This document shows, piece by piece, positions 10,054-19,634 of a DNA stretch of 64,000 bases. The notes under the pieces are model-generated. The model was not told the DNA's origin, searched no databases, and saw only the letters and a program-made list of their open reading frames with translations. Each line of letters starts with the position of its first letter. Position 1 is the stretch's first letter. Source of the stretch: an uncultured Bacteroidales bacterium (GTDB lineage: Bacteria > Bacteroidota > Bacteroidia > Bacteroidales > UBA10428); the NCBI GenBank assembly GCA_964406315.1, contig CAYORG010000008.1, positions 12,796 through 76,795 on the forward strand, written 5' to 3'. Made by a program: the position numbers and the translations under genes.

Positions 10054-10782
10054 ATGATGAAATATCGATGTATTTTTCCTCTTTTACTGATCACCACCGG
10101 TTTATACTCACAAAACTTTCAATTTCATTATGATTTTGGGAAACAGGAAGACGGCACAAAAAGGAATTATTTTGTGGGAACCTTCGAATTCTTTCGACCG
10201 GATACACTCGGCTATACTTTTATGTTCACCGATTTTGAATTTAATTCCCCCAAAAATCCCAGAGGAGTATCGCTTGGTTATTTTGAAATCTCCAGAAGCT
10301 TTTACATGCCCTGGTTCCAAAAAAACACTGCTTTAAAAGAACTCGGATTTCATATTGAATACAATGATGGCAGTGTCATATATGCCATTGGAGATACTAT
10401 TTACGGAGAGAATTTACGCAATTCATGGCTTACTGGTTTTGAATATCCTTTCAAACTGGGTAGTTTCACTTTAAACACCATGTTGTTGTATAAATATACA
10501 AGAGGTTCCGCTGCACCTGATTTCCAGATAACCTTTGTATGGTATCATCTTCTGTTCAATGACAGGATTACCTTAACCGGCTACCTCGACTTATGGTCGC
10601 AGGACGATTTTTATGGAAATGATGAAAATAAATTGTTGGCTCTCTATAGTGAGCCACAGATATGGTTTAATATTACATCAAATTTTTGTGTGGGCAGCGA
10701 ATTCAAAATATCCAAAAACTTTGTTCCCGGCAGTGATAGAATAGAAGTGTTCCCAACTCTTGGTGTGAAATGGCAGTTTTAA
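10054..10782 (+). CDS. DUF5020-family outer-membrane protein (Tsx-like beta-barrel)
   Basis: Signal peptide, then QNFQFHYDFGK...GTFEFFRPDTLGYTFMFTDFEF, which I recall as the DUF5020 N-terminal signature. C-terminal ...LGVKWQF. Confidence 0.6.
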   Translation: MMKYRCIFPLLLITTGLYSQNFQFHYDFGKQEDGTKRNYFVGTFEFFRPDTLGYTFMFTDFEFNSPKNPRGVSLGYFEISRSFYMPWFQKNTALKELGFHIEYNDGSVIYAIGDTIYGENLRNSWLTGFEYPFKLGSFTLNTMLLYKYTRGSAAPDFQITFVWYHLLFNDRITLTGYLDLWSQDDFYGNDENKLLALYSEPQIWFNITSNFCVGSEFKISKNFVPGSDRIEVFPTLGVKWQF

Positions 10783-10876
10783 TTTTCAATCGATAAATTG
10801 TTAGCTGTATACAATCGGCGCATGCAAATCAGATTGACTCTTCTGTTCTTTAATTCTGTATGCACAGAATATACTT

Positions 10877-11977
10877 TCAAAAATCCCTGGCCAGTATACT
10901 GTATGCAAACCATAGAACTGGTGCCTGACCGTGCAAATCTCCTGTTATTCTTGGCCGGTTCAAATAATAATTTATATCGTCGCTTTTCCCGGTACCAACG
11001 CAAACATCTGTTAATTTGCCCTCTTCATTGATATAAGTAACCAGTGTATTCCAGGTTTTCTGATAAGCTGCAATATAGATCGAATCAACCAAAAGTCCCT
11101 TTCTGGCCCCTACTGATAAGGCATAACCGAACATCGCTGTCGATGAAGTTTCCTTCCATGCATCTTCATGATCAATTAATTGTCGCCACATACCGTCATC
11201 AGCCTGGTATTTCAGCAAAGCATCCATCATGTTTTTGTATCCTCCCAGGATAGATGCATAGTGAGGATTGTCCTCCGGTAACTCCGATAGCAATTCTGCC
11301 AGTCCGGCAGCCACCCAGCCATTCCCCCTTCCCCAGAAAAAAGGAGCTCCCTCGCCGTGGTAAAACAATCCGTTTGGCTGCTGCAATTTGTTTAAATAGG
11401 TATCTATTTCAAGTGCTGCTCTCCCCAGGTAAACCATATTCCCTGTTGCCCGATAGGCCTGAACCTGCAAACTCCCAATCATCCATACATCGTCAATCCA
11501 GTATCTTGTCTGGTTGGTTAATCCGTTCTCCAGAGGATCTTCCCATTGTTTATCGGCAAGATGAATTCCCTGTTGCAAAAATTTTTCATCTTTATTTTGC
11601 CTGTAAATTTCCAGAGGCAGGATACCATATACATTGACATCAACATGATTTTCCGTATTCACAATATTTTTGTCTATTACTTCTGAATACCGAAGGATCA
11701 ATCTGTTCAACCTGTCCTGATCATTCAGCAAACCAGCCAGCCGGACAGCACCAAACCCGGCACATGCTTCAGCGTAATGGACTGCTTTTACGTCCGGGGT
11801 TTCGTACATCATAAAATCATTCCTGGTCAACAGTTCATCTGTGATCATACTGCCAATCAATTGTGGAGAACTACTATCTGACCAGAATTTATCAGCTTCA
11901 ATTTCCTGCGATGTATTGCATGAAAATAAACACAATGTAACAGCTATTAAAAATAAGTCGGATAATGACATATTCAT
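10877..11977 (-). CDS. Glycoside hydrolase family 88/105 (unsaturated glucuronyl/rhamnogalacturonyl hydrolase-like) lipoprotein
   Basis: Lipoprotein signal MNMSLSDLFLIAVTLCLFSC. Motifs RYWIDDVWM, FWGRGNGWVAAGLAELL and TSSTAMFGYAL are typical of the (alpha/alpha)6 GH88/GH105 fold. Confidence 0.8.
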   Translation of the reverse strand: MNMSLSDLFLIAVTLCLFSCNTSQEIEADKFWSDSSSPQLIGSMITDELLTRNDFMMYETPDVKAVHYAEACAGFGAVRLAGLLNDQDRLNRLILRYSEVIDKNIVNTENHVDVNVYGILPLEIYRQNKDEKFLQQGIHLADKQWEDPLENGLTNQTRYWIDDVWMIGSLQVQAYRATGNMVYLGRAALEIDTYLNKLQQPNGLFYHGEGAPFFWGRGNGWVAAGLAELLSELPEDNPHYASILGGYKNMMDALLKYQADDGMWRQLIDHEDAWKETSSTAMFGYALSVGARKGLLVDSIYIAAYQKTWNTLVTYINEEGKLTDVCVGTGKSDDINYYLNRPRITGDLHGQAPVLWFAYSILARDF

Positions 11978-12132
11978 ACGTTTATATGGTTTCCATGCAA
12001 GTTAAATGATTAAAATCAATTCATATATATTTCAATGCAATTTATCCATGAATCACATGGAATAATTGTTAATTTAGTTATCTGTTCTATAAACAGGGAC
12101 CGTTTAATACATGCTAATTTTAACTTCAAACC

Positions 12133-15117
12133 ATGAAAACAGTAAAAATTATTTATGCATTAACATGCATTTTCTTTATTCTCTTCATTCATTCAAGCGT
12201 GAACTGTCAATCCGGTTTCGACCTGGTAAATGGCAATCTGGTACAATTTAACAATAACGGTGCATGGTGCTGGTATCAGGATGAACGCGTTGTTGTTGAT
12301 ACAATTGAAAACAAAATAATATTCGGATCTGATGCCAGTGGTTCAGGCACAGGAGGTAATTCGAGCAACGGGAAAGTTGAAGGCGGTACTTATGATCCTG
12401 AAACAGGCAAACTCCGGATAAGTACCTTTAGAAATGCAGGATGTGACGATCACAATGTCCCGGGATTTATAATACGCCCTGACGGACAATACCTGGCAAT
12501 GTATGCCGATCATTATGATCAATGGAATAGTCGTTACCGAATATTTGACGGCAGTGAATGGAGTGAAGAAGAACAATTTGATTGGACAACCATACCCGGT
12601 GGCACTGACTATACCATTGCTTACTCTAACCTTTATTTTCTGTCTGAAGAAGATAGAATGTACAATTTTGCCAGGGCAAATCACCGATGTCCAAATTTTA
12701 TTGTATCAGATAACCAGGGGGATACATGGTTATTTGGAGGACAATTAACGACAAATACCAGTTCTTCATACAACAAAGGGTATTATAAATATTGGAGCAA
12801 CGGCATAGATCGTATTGACTTTATCTTTACAGAGCAACATCCGCGCGACACTTCCACTAGCATCTTTCATGGGTATTTGATAAACGGAAGAACCTATACA
12901 AGTGATGGAACACTTGCAGACAATGATATTTATGACCTTCAAATTATACCATCGTTTCATAATTTCACCAAAGTGTTTGCTGACAATACCATAATTGGCG
13001 AAAATGCCATGAGACGTTGCTGGAATGCAGATGTTATGAGATACAATGATGGAACAATTGCAACCATTGTTACTGCCCGGATTAATGACAATCAGGGCGG
13101 AGGTTCATCAGCAATAGACCCTGACCATGCTTTTATCTATTGTCGTTATGACGGCACAGACTGGAATTATACATACCTGGGCGAAGCAGGCAAGAAACTG
13201 TATGCAAGCGAACAGGATTATACAGGTCTTGGGGCATTGCATCCGAACAATCCAGATATTGTCTATATCTCAACACCCATTGATCCCAGAGATAATAGCC
13301 AGCTCCCTCACCGCGAAATATTCAAAGGTGTAACGAACGATGAAGGAGGTAAATGGAGCTGGACATCAGTTACATGGAATTCAAGCCGGGACAATTACAG
13401 ACCTGTAGTACCCCTATGGGATACAAACAGCACTGCTTTGTTATGGATGAGGGGCACATACTATACTGCACAAATTTTCGATATGACCATTGTCGGAATT
13501 ATTGAAAATTCTTCCGAAGGGGCTGAACCAATGAAATATACGGATGCATCAGCAAGCAATACAACCCTTGCTGACGGTTCTGGTTTTAATCCGACAGGAC
13601 CAGATGCAAATGCCGGTTTAGCAGATGATCAGTGGCATGAACACACAGGATATGGCAACGAAGGTTCCCTATATACTTCTTCAGAGGTTGAAGGAGAAGA
13701 TGCTCCTGCAATTAAAACTACGGTTAAAACAAATGATACAGGCACATTTGATGTCTGGGTAAATTTCTGGGCCGATCCTGAATCGGACTGGAGAATCAAA
13801 GCAGGTTTACAGGAAGATGATATGCAAATATTCAGGCATATGGCATGCAAACAGGTAGAAGAAGGAGATCATAATACAGTAATTGAAATTGCCGGCAATG
13901 ACAATACATACTTGTATCAGGCCTATCTTGGGCGAATTGAGACCAATGCTGACAGTACATTCGAGGTCTATGTTGACGATCATGCCATACAAACAGGTAC
14001 TTCATTCGGTTTAACAGGGAATGAGGAACGTACATGGTACGATGGGATAAGCTATACAAAACCTTTGTACCTGTATGTATCTGATGCTGAGCTGGAGGTT
14101 GAAAATACCTCCGGAAGTACCACTTCATTTGAAATCAGTTCCAATACTGCCTGGAATGTAACAAGCTCGGAAAGTTGGCTCAATGCAGATCCTTCAGCAG
14201 GCTCAGATGACCATACTGTTGAACTGACAGCAGATGAAAATCCTGAGGATACATCACGCTTGGCGATCATCACGATCCATGCTGATAACATTCAGGAAAA
14301 AACAATAAAAGTTTTTCAAAAACCCGGAGTTCCAATTCTTTCCGTATCTGCATCAGAATTGACTGTTGCTGCCTCAGAGAATAGTGAAGCTGTTTTCGAC
14401 ATTGTTTCCAACACATACTGGCAGGTTTCCGGATCAGGGTATTGGTTGCATGCAGATCCCAAATCAGGAATGAATAATAAAACCATCACATTAACCGCTG
14501 ATGTAAATCATACCGATGCACCCAGAGCAGCAACTATAACTGTCACAGCAGAGGGACTTGCCCCACAACTTGTTACAGTCACGCAGGAAGCAAATCTGCT
14601 GCTCGCAGTATCGAAAAAGAGACTAAATATAGGTGCTGAAACATCCAGCACAAATACATTTGATATTGAATCCAATACCGACTGGACGATTTCAAGAACT
14701 GAAGAATGGCTGTCTCCAAATATACTTGAAGGAACAGGAAATGCATCCGTCATACTTACGGCTGAGGAAAATCCTGAGAATACCACGAGGAATGCAATAG
14801 TTGTTGTTTCAGCCGAAGGAGTTGCAGACCAAAGGATATCTGTAAAACAAGCGTCAAATCCTGTTGAATCAATAGAAGGTCCGGAAGAAAACATTGGATA
14901 TATTTTTCCAAATCCGGTGAAAGATAAACTCAATGTAAAGCTATTTGTTTTGCCTGCACAATTAAAATTATATACCTATGAAGGAAAGCAGGTATTGAAT
15001 ATGAATACAGTAAGTACTGTGACCGAAATTGATCTGACCAACCTGAATAAGGGAATTTATGTTTTGCAAATTGTTTCTGAAGAACAGACTTTTATAAGGA
15101 AACTAGTTAAACAATAG
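12133..15117 (+). CDS. Secreted multidomain protein: BNR_4-like sialidase-fold domain, central CBM-like domain, three BACON domains, T9SS C-terminal sorting domain
   Basis: Signal peptide MKTVKIIYALTCIFFILFIHSS. N-terminal NNNGAWCWYQDERVVVD. Three ~88-aa repeats with the pattern (S/E)SNT.W.(V/I)(T/S)...WL..(D/N)P..G..N..V.LTA.EN....R.A.I.V. C-terminus IFPNPVKDKLNVKL...GIYVLQIVSEEQTFIRKLVKQ (type A CTD). Confidence 0.8.
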   Translation: MKTVKIIYALTCIFFILFIHSSVNCQSGFDLVNGNLVQFNNNGAWCWYQDERVVVDTIENKIIFGSDASGSGTGGNSSNGKVEGGTYDPETGKLRISTFRNAGCDDHNVPGFIIRPDGQYLAMYADHYDQWNSRYRIFDGSEWSEEEQFDWTTIPGGTDYTIAYSNLYFLSEEDRMYNFARANHRCPNFIVSDNQGDTWLFGGQLTTNTSSSYNKGYYKYWSNGIDRIDFIFTEQHPRDTSTSIFHGYLINGRTYTSDGTLADNDIYDLQIIPSFHNFTKVFADNTIIGENAMRRCWNADVMRYNDGTIATIVTARINDNQGGGSSAIDPDHAFIYCRYDGTDWNYTYLGEAGKKLYASEQDYTGLGALHPNNPDIVYISTPIDPRDNSQLPHREIFKGVTNDEGGKWSWTSVTWNSSRDNYRPVVPLWDTNSTALLWMRGTYYTAQIFDMTIVGIIENSSEGAEPMKYTDASASNTTLADGSGFNPTGPDANAGLADDQWHEHTGYGNEGSLYTSSEVEGEDAPAIKTTVKTNDTGTFDVWVNFWADPESDWRIKAGLQEDDMQIFRHMACKQVEEGDHNTVIEIAGNDNTYLYQAYLGRIETNADSTFEVYVDDHAIQTGTSFGLTGNEERTWYDGISYTKPLYLYVSDAELEVENTSGSTTSFEISSNTAWNVTSSESWLNADPSAGSDDHTVELTADENPEDTSRLAIITIHADNIQEKTIKVFQKPGVPILSVSASELTVAASENSEAVFDIVSNTYWQVSGSGYWLHADPKSGMNNKTITLTADVNHTDAPRAATITVTAEGLAPQLVTVTQEANLLLAVSKKRLNIGAETSSTNTFDIESNTDWTISRTEEWLSPNILEGTGNASVILTAEENPENTTRNAIVVVSAEGVADQRISVKQASNPVESIEGPEENIGYIFPNPVKDKLNVKLFVLPAQLKLYTYEGKQVLNMNTVSTVTEIDLTNLNKGIYVLQIVSEEQTFIRKLVKQ
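14076..14859 (+). repeat. Three tandem BACON-like domain repeats inside the 994-aa CDS
   Basis: Protein-level repeats at about 14076-14325, 14329-14593 and 14596-14859. Each ends in a V(T/K)Q motif. Confidence 0.6.
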
Positions 15118-15190
15118 CCAATTTCTGAAAGAAACCAAATATTAAAACAAGATTAAATTACCCGGATTTGTAAGGATAACAAAGTCTTAA

Positions 15191-15198
15191 TATTTTTG
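15191..15198 (+). promoter_or_regulatory. -7 box TATTTTTG upstream of the purine permease
   Basis: Matches TAnnTTTG. It overlaps the ORF-track TTG start at 15196, which argues for the ATG at 15220 as the true start. Confidence 0.4.
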
Positions 15199-15219
15199 GT
15201 ACAAGATAAACCTTATCCT

Positions 15220-16512
15220 ATGTTTGAAAAATTATTTCAACTGAAGCAAAATAAAACCACTGTCCCGAAAGAGATCCTTGCTGGTCTTACCACTTTCATG
15301 ACCATGGCCTATATACTGGCTGCCAACCCTGAAATACTCGGTTCCACAGGAATGGACAAGGGAGCTTTGTTCACAGCAACGGCAGTTTCTTCCATTGTTG
15401 CAACGCTCATCATGGCTCTTGTAGCAAATCTGCCGTTTGCACTTGCACCCGGTATGGGCTTAAATGCTTTTTTTGCCTATACGGTAGTTCTGGGAATGGG
15501 GTACTCATGGCAGACAGCTCTCACAGCTATATTTATTGAGGGTATTATTTTTATACTGCTTACCGCATTTAATATTCGCGAACTTATTGTTAATAGCATT
15601 CCGCTTCCGCTAAAACATGCCATATCCGTAGGGATAGGATTTTTTATTGCACTCATGGGATTTATCAATTCAGGGCTAATTGTGGCTGACGAAAATACCC
15701 TTGTCCGAATGGGCAGCATGTCTGATGTTTCCATCTGGATTACCCTGTCGGGATTGCTGGTGATAGCCGTATTGCTGATTTTGCGATTGCAGGGAGCAAT
15801 CCTGATCGGAATTCTTGCTGGGACAATTATTGGGATCCCATTGCATGTTACTACCATTCCCTCCGAAGGAATTATCAGTCTTCCTCCGTCTATCGAACCA
15901 ATCTTTTTCAAATTGAATTTCAGGGAACTAATAAAACCTGACATACTGATCGTTCTTTTTACTTTTCTGTTTGTTGACATGTTCGATACTGTCGGTACAC
16001 TTGTAGGAGTGAGTTCAAAAGCAGATATGCTTGATAAGGATGGTAATATTCCCCGCGTCAAAAATGCACTGTTTGCAGATGCAATAGGTACTACCATCGG
16101 TGCGCTTTTAGGTACCAGTACAGTGACAACCTATGTGGAAAGCTCGGCAGGTGTTTCTGTTGGCGGAAGAACAGGTCTGACTGCTTTCATTGTGGCTGTT
16201 TGTTTTGCCCTGGTCTTATTTTTTTCACCTTTATTTTTGATGGTTCCGCAATCAGCTACTGCCTCTGCCTTAATTATTATTGGCCTTTTTATGATTACGC
16301 CCATCACCAAAGTTGAACTGGAAAATTACCTTGATTCCATACCCGTATTTCTGACGATCATTATGATGCCCCTTGCTTTCAGCATCAGCGAAGGAATTTC
16401 TTTTGGAGTAATAAGTTATGTATTGCTAAGGATCTTTACCGGGCGGTTTTCACAGGTGCCGGTTATTCTTTATATTCTTGCTGCCTTGTTTATTCTGAGA
16501 TATTTCTTTTAA
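15220..16512 (+). CDS. NCS2/AzgA-family adenine-guanine-hypoxanthine permease
   Basis: MFEKLFQLKQNKTTVPKEILAGLTTFMTMAYILAANPEIL... and YVESSAGVSVGGRTGLTA. Polytopic membrane protein. Confidence 0.85.
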   Translation: MFEKLFQLKQNKTTVPKEILAGLTTFMTMAYILAANPEILGSTGMDKGALFTATAVSSIVATLIMALVANLPFALAPGMGLNAFFAYTVVLGMGYSWQTALTAIFIEGIIFILLTAFNIRELIVNSIPLPLKHAISVGIGFFIALMGFINSGLIVADENTLVRMGSMSDVSIWITLSGLLVIAVLLILRLQGAILIGILAGTIIGIPLHVTTIPSEGIISLPPSIEPIFFKLNFRELIKPDILIVLFTFLFVDMFDTVGTLVGVSSKADMLDKDGNIPRVKNALFADAIGTTIGALLGTSTVTTYVESSAGVSVGGRTGLTAFIVAVCFALVLFFSPLFLMVPQSATASALIIIGLFMITPITKVELENYLDSIPVFLTIIMMPLAFSISEGISFGVISYVLLRIFTGRFSQVPVILYILAALFILRYFF

Positions 16513-16537
16513 GATTATGCTCGGCAAGATTCGTCCA

Positions 16538-17545
16538 TTAAGGATTGTACCTGGATAGATTCAGAATCTTCAAATAATCCCTTTCATTCATTAGATCTGA
16601 CAAGGATACGGATTTGTTATTTTTCATATACGATACAACGATCTGATACCCGATCCATACACCTGCCCTCCCCGGAGATTCCCGGGAAAAATCCTTTGTG
16701 AATGGCCCTTCATTGAGATATTGAAGAATGGTCATTTTATCTGTAACAAACAACTTCTTTTGTTCCACCATAAATTTCCACATCTCTTTTTCATTGGTTT
16801 TGCAAAAATCGAGTTGCGAAGGTGTAAATCCCCATAACAGTGTATCAGCTATTTCAGGCATTATTTGTTTGGTTGCATACAATGCCCTTCCTCTGAAAAT
16901 AATATTTGATAAAAGATTATCCTTTTCATCATTGTACTCAAATTCGGTTGTAAGCCATGCCGTTAAAGCATCAGAGGGTATTTTCTGAGGATGCATAATA
17001 TAACGCATATAATAAGGAATGGGAGGATACAGGAGTTTATAAAATTCGTCCTCACTACCAAGGTACTTATCCAATCCAATAACCAGTAAACTATCTGCCG
17101 TAACAATCGACTGATTAAAACCGGTAATACAAGTTACAATTTTTGGTATCGGTTTTTCAGGAAAAAACTCATGGTATCTTCCGAAAGCCTTTGATAATTC
17201 TTTCTCATACTCTGAAAAATCAGAAAAGACCTCCTTTACTCTCTTACTTACCCTATACATAGTAAAATCAGTAACAAAGGCAATCAATCTTTTGTCGTAA
17301 TCTGGTTGTTGAACACTACCAATTTCAATGATCTTATTGTTGAAAAGTGGAAAAAATTCCGGGTATTTGGCCTGAAGAAAAGGTATGCTATCACCCAGGA
17401 AATAGATATTAATAGAAAACAGATCCTGTTCAAACCTGAAAACCCTAATATCCGCTGTGATCTCTTCCCTGGAATATTTATCGGTCTTAGAGCAAGCAAG
17501 TAAAAAAACAAATACAGCAACAAAGAAAATTTTCAGACCATTCAT
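16538..17545 (-). CDS. gldB: Gliding-motility lipoprotein GldB-like
   Basis: Lipoprotein signal MNGLKIFFVAVFVFLLACS. YPEFFP and C-terminal SRESPGRAGVWIGYQIVVSYMKNNKSVSLSDLM match my recollection of Flavobacterium GldB (DSPGRLGQYIGWQIVRSYMKNN). Confidence 0.65.
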   Translation of the reverse strand: MNGLKIFFVAVFVFLLACSKTDKYSREEITADIRVFRFEQDLFSINIYFLGDSIPFLQAKYPEFFPLFNNKIIEIGSVQQPDYDKRLIAFVTDFTMYRVSKRVKEVFSDFSEYEKELSKAFGRYHEFFPEKPIPKIVTCITGFNQSIVTADSLLVIGLDKYLGSEDEFYKLLYPPIPYYMRYIMHPQKIPSDALTAWLTTEFEYNDEKDNLLSNIIFRGRALYATKQIMPEIADTLLWGFTPSQLDFCKTNEKEMWKFMVEQKKLFVTDKMTILQYLNEGPFTKDFSRESPGRAGVWIGYQIVVSYMKNNKSVSLSDLMNERDYLKILNLSRYNP

Positions 17546-17709
17546 AAATCAACAATTTGATTTGCAAAATAGATACTTTTCAATGAATATTCTCAAATTT
17601 ACTACACTTAATATTAAGACTTCATCGGCAAATTGTCTGTTAAAAACAAAAAAATAATTGATTCAAGTACATTCGATTAAAATTGTTTTTGGTATTTGAA
17701 AAAAGAATC

Positions 17710-17717
17710 TATCTTTG
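17710..17717 (+). promoter_or_regulatory. -7 box TATCTTTG upstream of rpmH
   Basis: Exact TAnnTTTG, 37 nt before the rpmH ATG. Confidence 0.5.
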
Positions 17718-17753
17718 CAAGCCTGAAAATTAAAGAGGAAAAAACCTGAAGAG

Positions 17754-17909
17754 ATGAAAAGGACATTTCAGCCATCAATAAGAAAAAAGCGTAATAAGCA
17801 TGGCTTCAGAGAACGTATGTCAAGTGAAAATGGCCGAAAAATACTGGCCAGAAGAAGAGCTAAAGGAAGAAAAAGACTGACGGTTTCTGACGAAATTTTT
17901 AAGAAATAA
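17754..17909 (+). CDS. rpmH: 50S ribosomal protein L34
   Basis: Absent from the ORF track because it is under 60 aa. Translation [51 protein letters not shown] is a canonical L34. Confidence 0.92.
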   Translation: MKRTFQPSIRKKRNKHGFRERMSSENGRKILARRRAKGRKRLTVSDEIFKK

Positions 17910-17934
17910 CCTTGATGCTAGGATATAACAAAAA

Positions 17935-17963
17935 GGTTGTCATTTTTATGGCAACCTTTTTTT
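17935..17963 (+). terminator. Rho-independent terminator after rpmH
   Basis: Stem GGTTGTC/GGCAACC (one G-U pair), 8-nt loop, then a T7 run. Confidence 0.7.
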
Positions 17964-18058
17964 GTTTTAACCAATGGTATTTCTGATTAGTTTTGTCCGG
18001 TAAAAAAGATTCTTCTTAAATCATTATGATTTTTCACTAAGCACAGGAATTATAAACA

Positions 18059-18754
18059 ATGTCTCAAACCCTGAATTCCATATCAAACTCATTGAAAAAC
18101 ATTCAGCTTATTGTATTTGATCTTGACGGAACGTTATATGATCAAAGGAAATTACGAAGAAGATTATACTTCCTTTTTGTTTTTAATTTGTTTCTAGGCA
18201 AAATCGATCTTCCCGATCTGAAAATTGTTGCTGAATTTCGCAAACAACGAGAAAAACACAAAGGATACAGCTCTGCATCCCTTGAAGATGATCAGTTTGC
18301 CTGGTGTATAGATAAAACAGGGATGCCGGTTAAAAAAGTCAAAGAAACGGTTGAGAAATTAATGTTTAATCTTCCTCTCAGATTACTGAAAAAAACTTTG
18401 TATCCAAACGTTGTATCTTTTATAGATCTTTTACGGGAGAATGCCATCAAGACTGCTGTTTATTCAGACTACCCTGTTGTTGAAAAATTATCGGCATTAG
18501 GCATAAAAGTAGATAAGACCTTCTGTTCAACACATAAGAATATTGCACAATTGAAACCCTCAAAAAAAGGCCTTGATGCAATTTGTGAAGTTTTCAACTG
18601 CAATACAAATAAGGCTGTTTATATTGGAGACAGAGAAGATACAGATGGTGAATCAGCCCGCATGGCAGGTGTGTCATTTATTAAAGTACATAGAAAACAG
18701 GCAAGGAAGGGAATTTTTTACGGCAACTTGATTAATTTGGTAAAGAATGATTGA
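18059..18754 (+). CDS. HAD-superfamily phosphatase
   Basis: Motif I LIVFDLDGTLYD, motif IV YIGDREDTDGESA. Its 3' end overlaps the next gene (ATGATTGA). Confidence 0.75.
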   Translation: MSQTLNSISNSLKNIQLIVFDLDGTLYDQRKLRRRLYFLFVFNLFLGKIDLPDLKIVAEFRKQREKHKGYSSASLEDDQFAWCIDKTGMPVKKVKETVEKLMFNLPLRLLKKTLYPNVVSFIDLLRENAIKTAVYSDYPVVEKLSALGIKVDKTFCSTHKNIAQLKPSKKGLDAICEVFNCNTNKAVYIGDREDTDGESARMAGVSFIKVHRKQARKGIFYGNLINLVKND

Positions 18755-19634
18755 AAAAGACAATATAACAAGATGCTGGGTGTGTGGTGGAAAAGAATTT
18801 ACCCTGAAAAAAGAATCTGATATTGGTGACAGTCTTTCAAGTGATCATTTCGCCATTACAAATTTTGACTACGGGAAAACCGGAGAACTTAAAAAATGCA
18901 AGTCGTGTGGATTTATTCAGTGTACTGATCTTACAGAAGTAATTAATTTTTATCAAGATCTTGAGGATAAGGAGTATGAGAACACGCGAAAAGAGAGAAA
19001 ACTCCAGGAACAAAGACTGGTTAAATTTTTAAGCAGATACAAAAGTGCCGGCAAATTGCTTGATATTGGAGCAGGAAGTGGAATAATGGTTGAAGCGGCT
19101 CTTGAAAAGGGATTTGATGCAGAAGGCATTGAACCATCAAAATGGTTGCAACAAAATGCACAAAAAATGAGTTTGCCGGTTTACCAGGGCGTTTTTCCGC
19201 ATCCAAAAACTCCTGGCCCTTATGATGTTATAACACTGGTTGACGTGATTGAACATGTAACTTACCCGGGAAATCTGCTATCAGATATCAGGAAATCGCT
19301 GGCTGAAGATGGGATATTTATATTGGTAACTCCCGATGTAAATTCGCTGGCAGCAAGATTATTCGGTTTTAAATGGTGGCATTACCGGTTTGCACATATT
19401 GGTTACTTCAACCGCAAAAACCTGGTTTACCTGCTCGAAAAATCCGGTTATTCAATTGTAAAAATGACACGCCCTTCGTGGTACTTTACTCTAAAATACC
19501 TTGGAATACGTTTCCTGTCATTTCTGCCAGGATTTTTGCGATTTCCATTGCCTCGTTTTTTGGATAAAATTATAATACCGGTAAATTTGAGAGACTCTAT
19601 ATTGGTTCTATGCAAAAAGAAAAAACAACTATGA
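18747..19634 (+). CDS. Class I SAM-dependent methyltransferase with N-terminal Cys4 zinc ribbon
   Basis: CWVCGG...CKSCGF ribbon, SAM motif I LLDIGAGSGIMV, post-I/II DVITLVDVIEHV. Overlaps the UbiA gene by 25 nt. Confidence 0.8.
   Translation: MIEKDNITRCWVCGGKEFTLKKESDIGDSLSSDHFAITNFDYGKTGELKKCKSCGFIQCTDLTEVINFYQDLEDKEYENTRKERKLQEQRLVKFLSRYKSAGKLLDIGAGSGIMVEAALEKGFDAEGIEPSKWLQQNAQKMSLPVYQGVFPHPKTPGPYDVITLVDVIEHVTYPGNLLSDIRKSLAEDGIFILVTPDVNSLAARLFGFKWWHYRFAHIGYFNRKNLVYLLEKSGYSIVKMTRPSWYFTLKYLGIRFLSFLPGFLRFPLPRFLDKIIIPVNLRDSILVLCKKKKQL

Noticed and set aside
11044-11637. Plus-strand ORFs of 69 and 127 aa opposite the GH88/105 gene
   Set aside because: They are P/S/R-rich shadow frames of a well-supported CDS.
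14076-14859. Periodic repeats that might be mistaken for a tandem DNA repeat or CRISPR-like array
   Set aside because: The repeats are about 260 nt long, divergent at DNA level, in frame, and translate to BACON domains. There are no short direct repeats with unique spacers anywhere in the window.
15118-15219. Possible purine riboswitch upstream of the NCS2 purine permease
   Set aside because: The 100-nt leader lacks the conserved P1-J1/2-P2-P3 purine riboswitch core strings, and the region is too short once the promoter box at 15191 is taken out.
15477-16097. 206-aa minus-strand ORF. Similar long antisense ORFs lie at 14508-14933, 36890-37378, 55497-55964, 59694-60164 and 63094-63627.
   Set aside because: All lie fully inside strongly supported genes on the opposite strand (permease, BACON protein, SusC, sensor kinase, jelly-roll protein, TonB receptor). 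They have low-complexity or unrecognisable translations.
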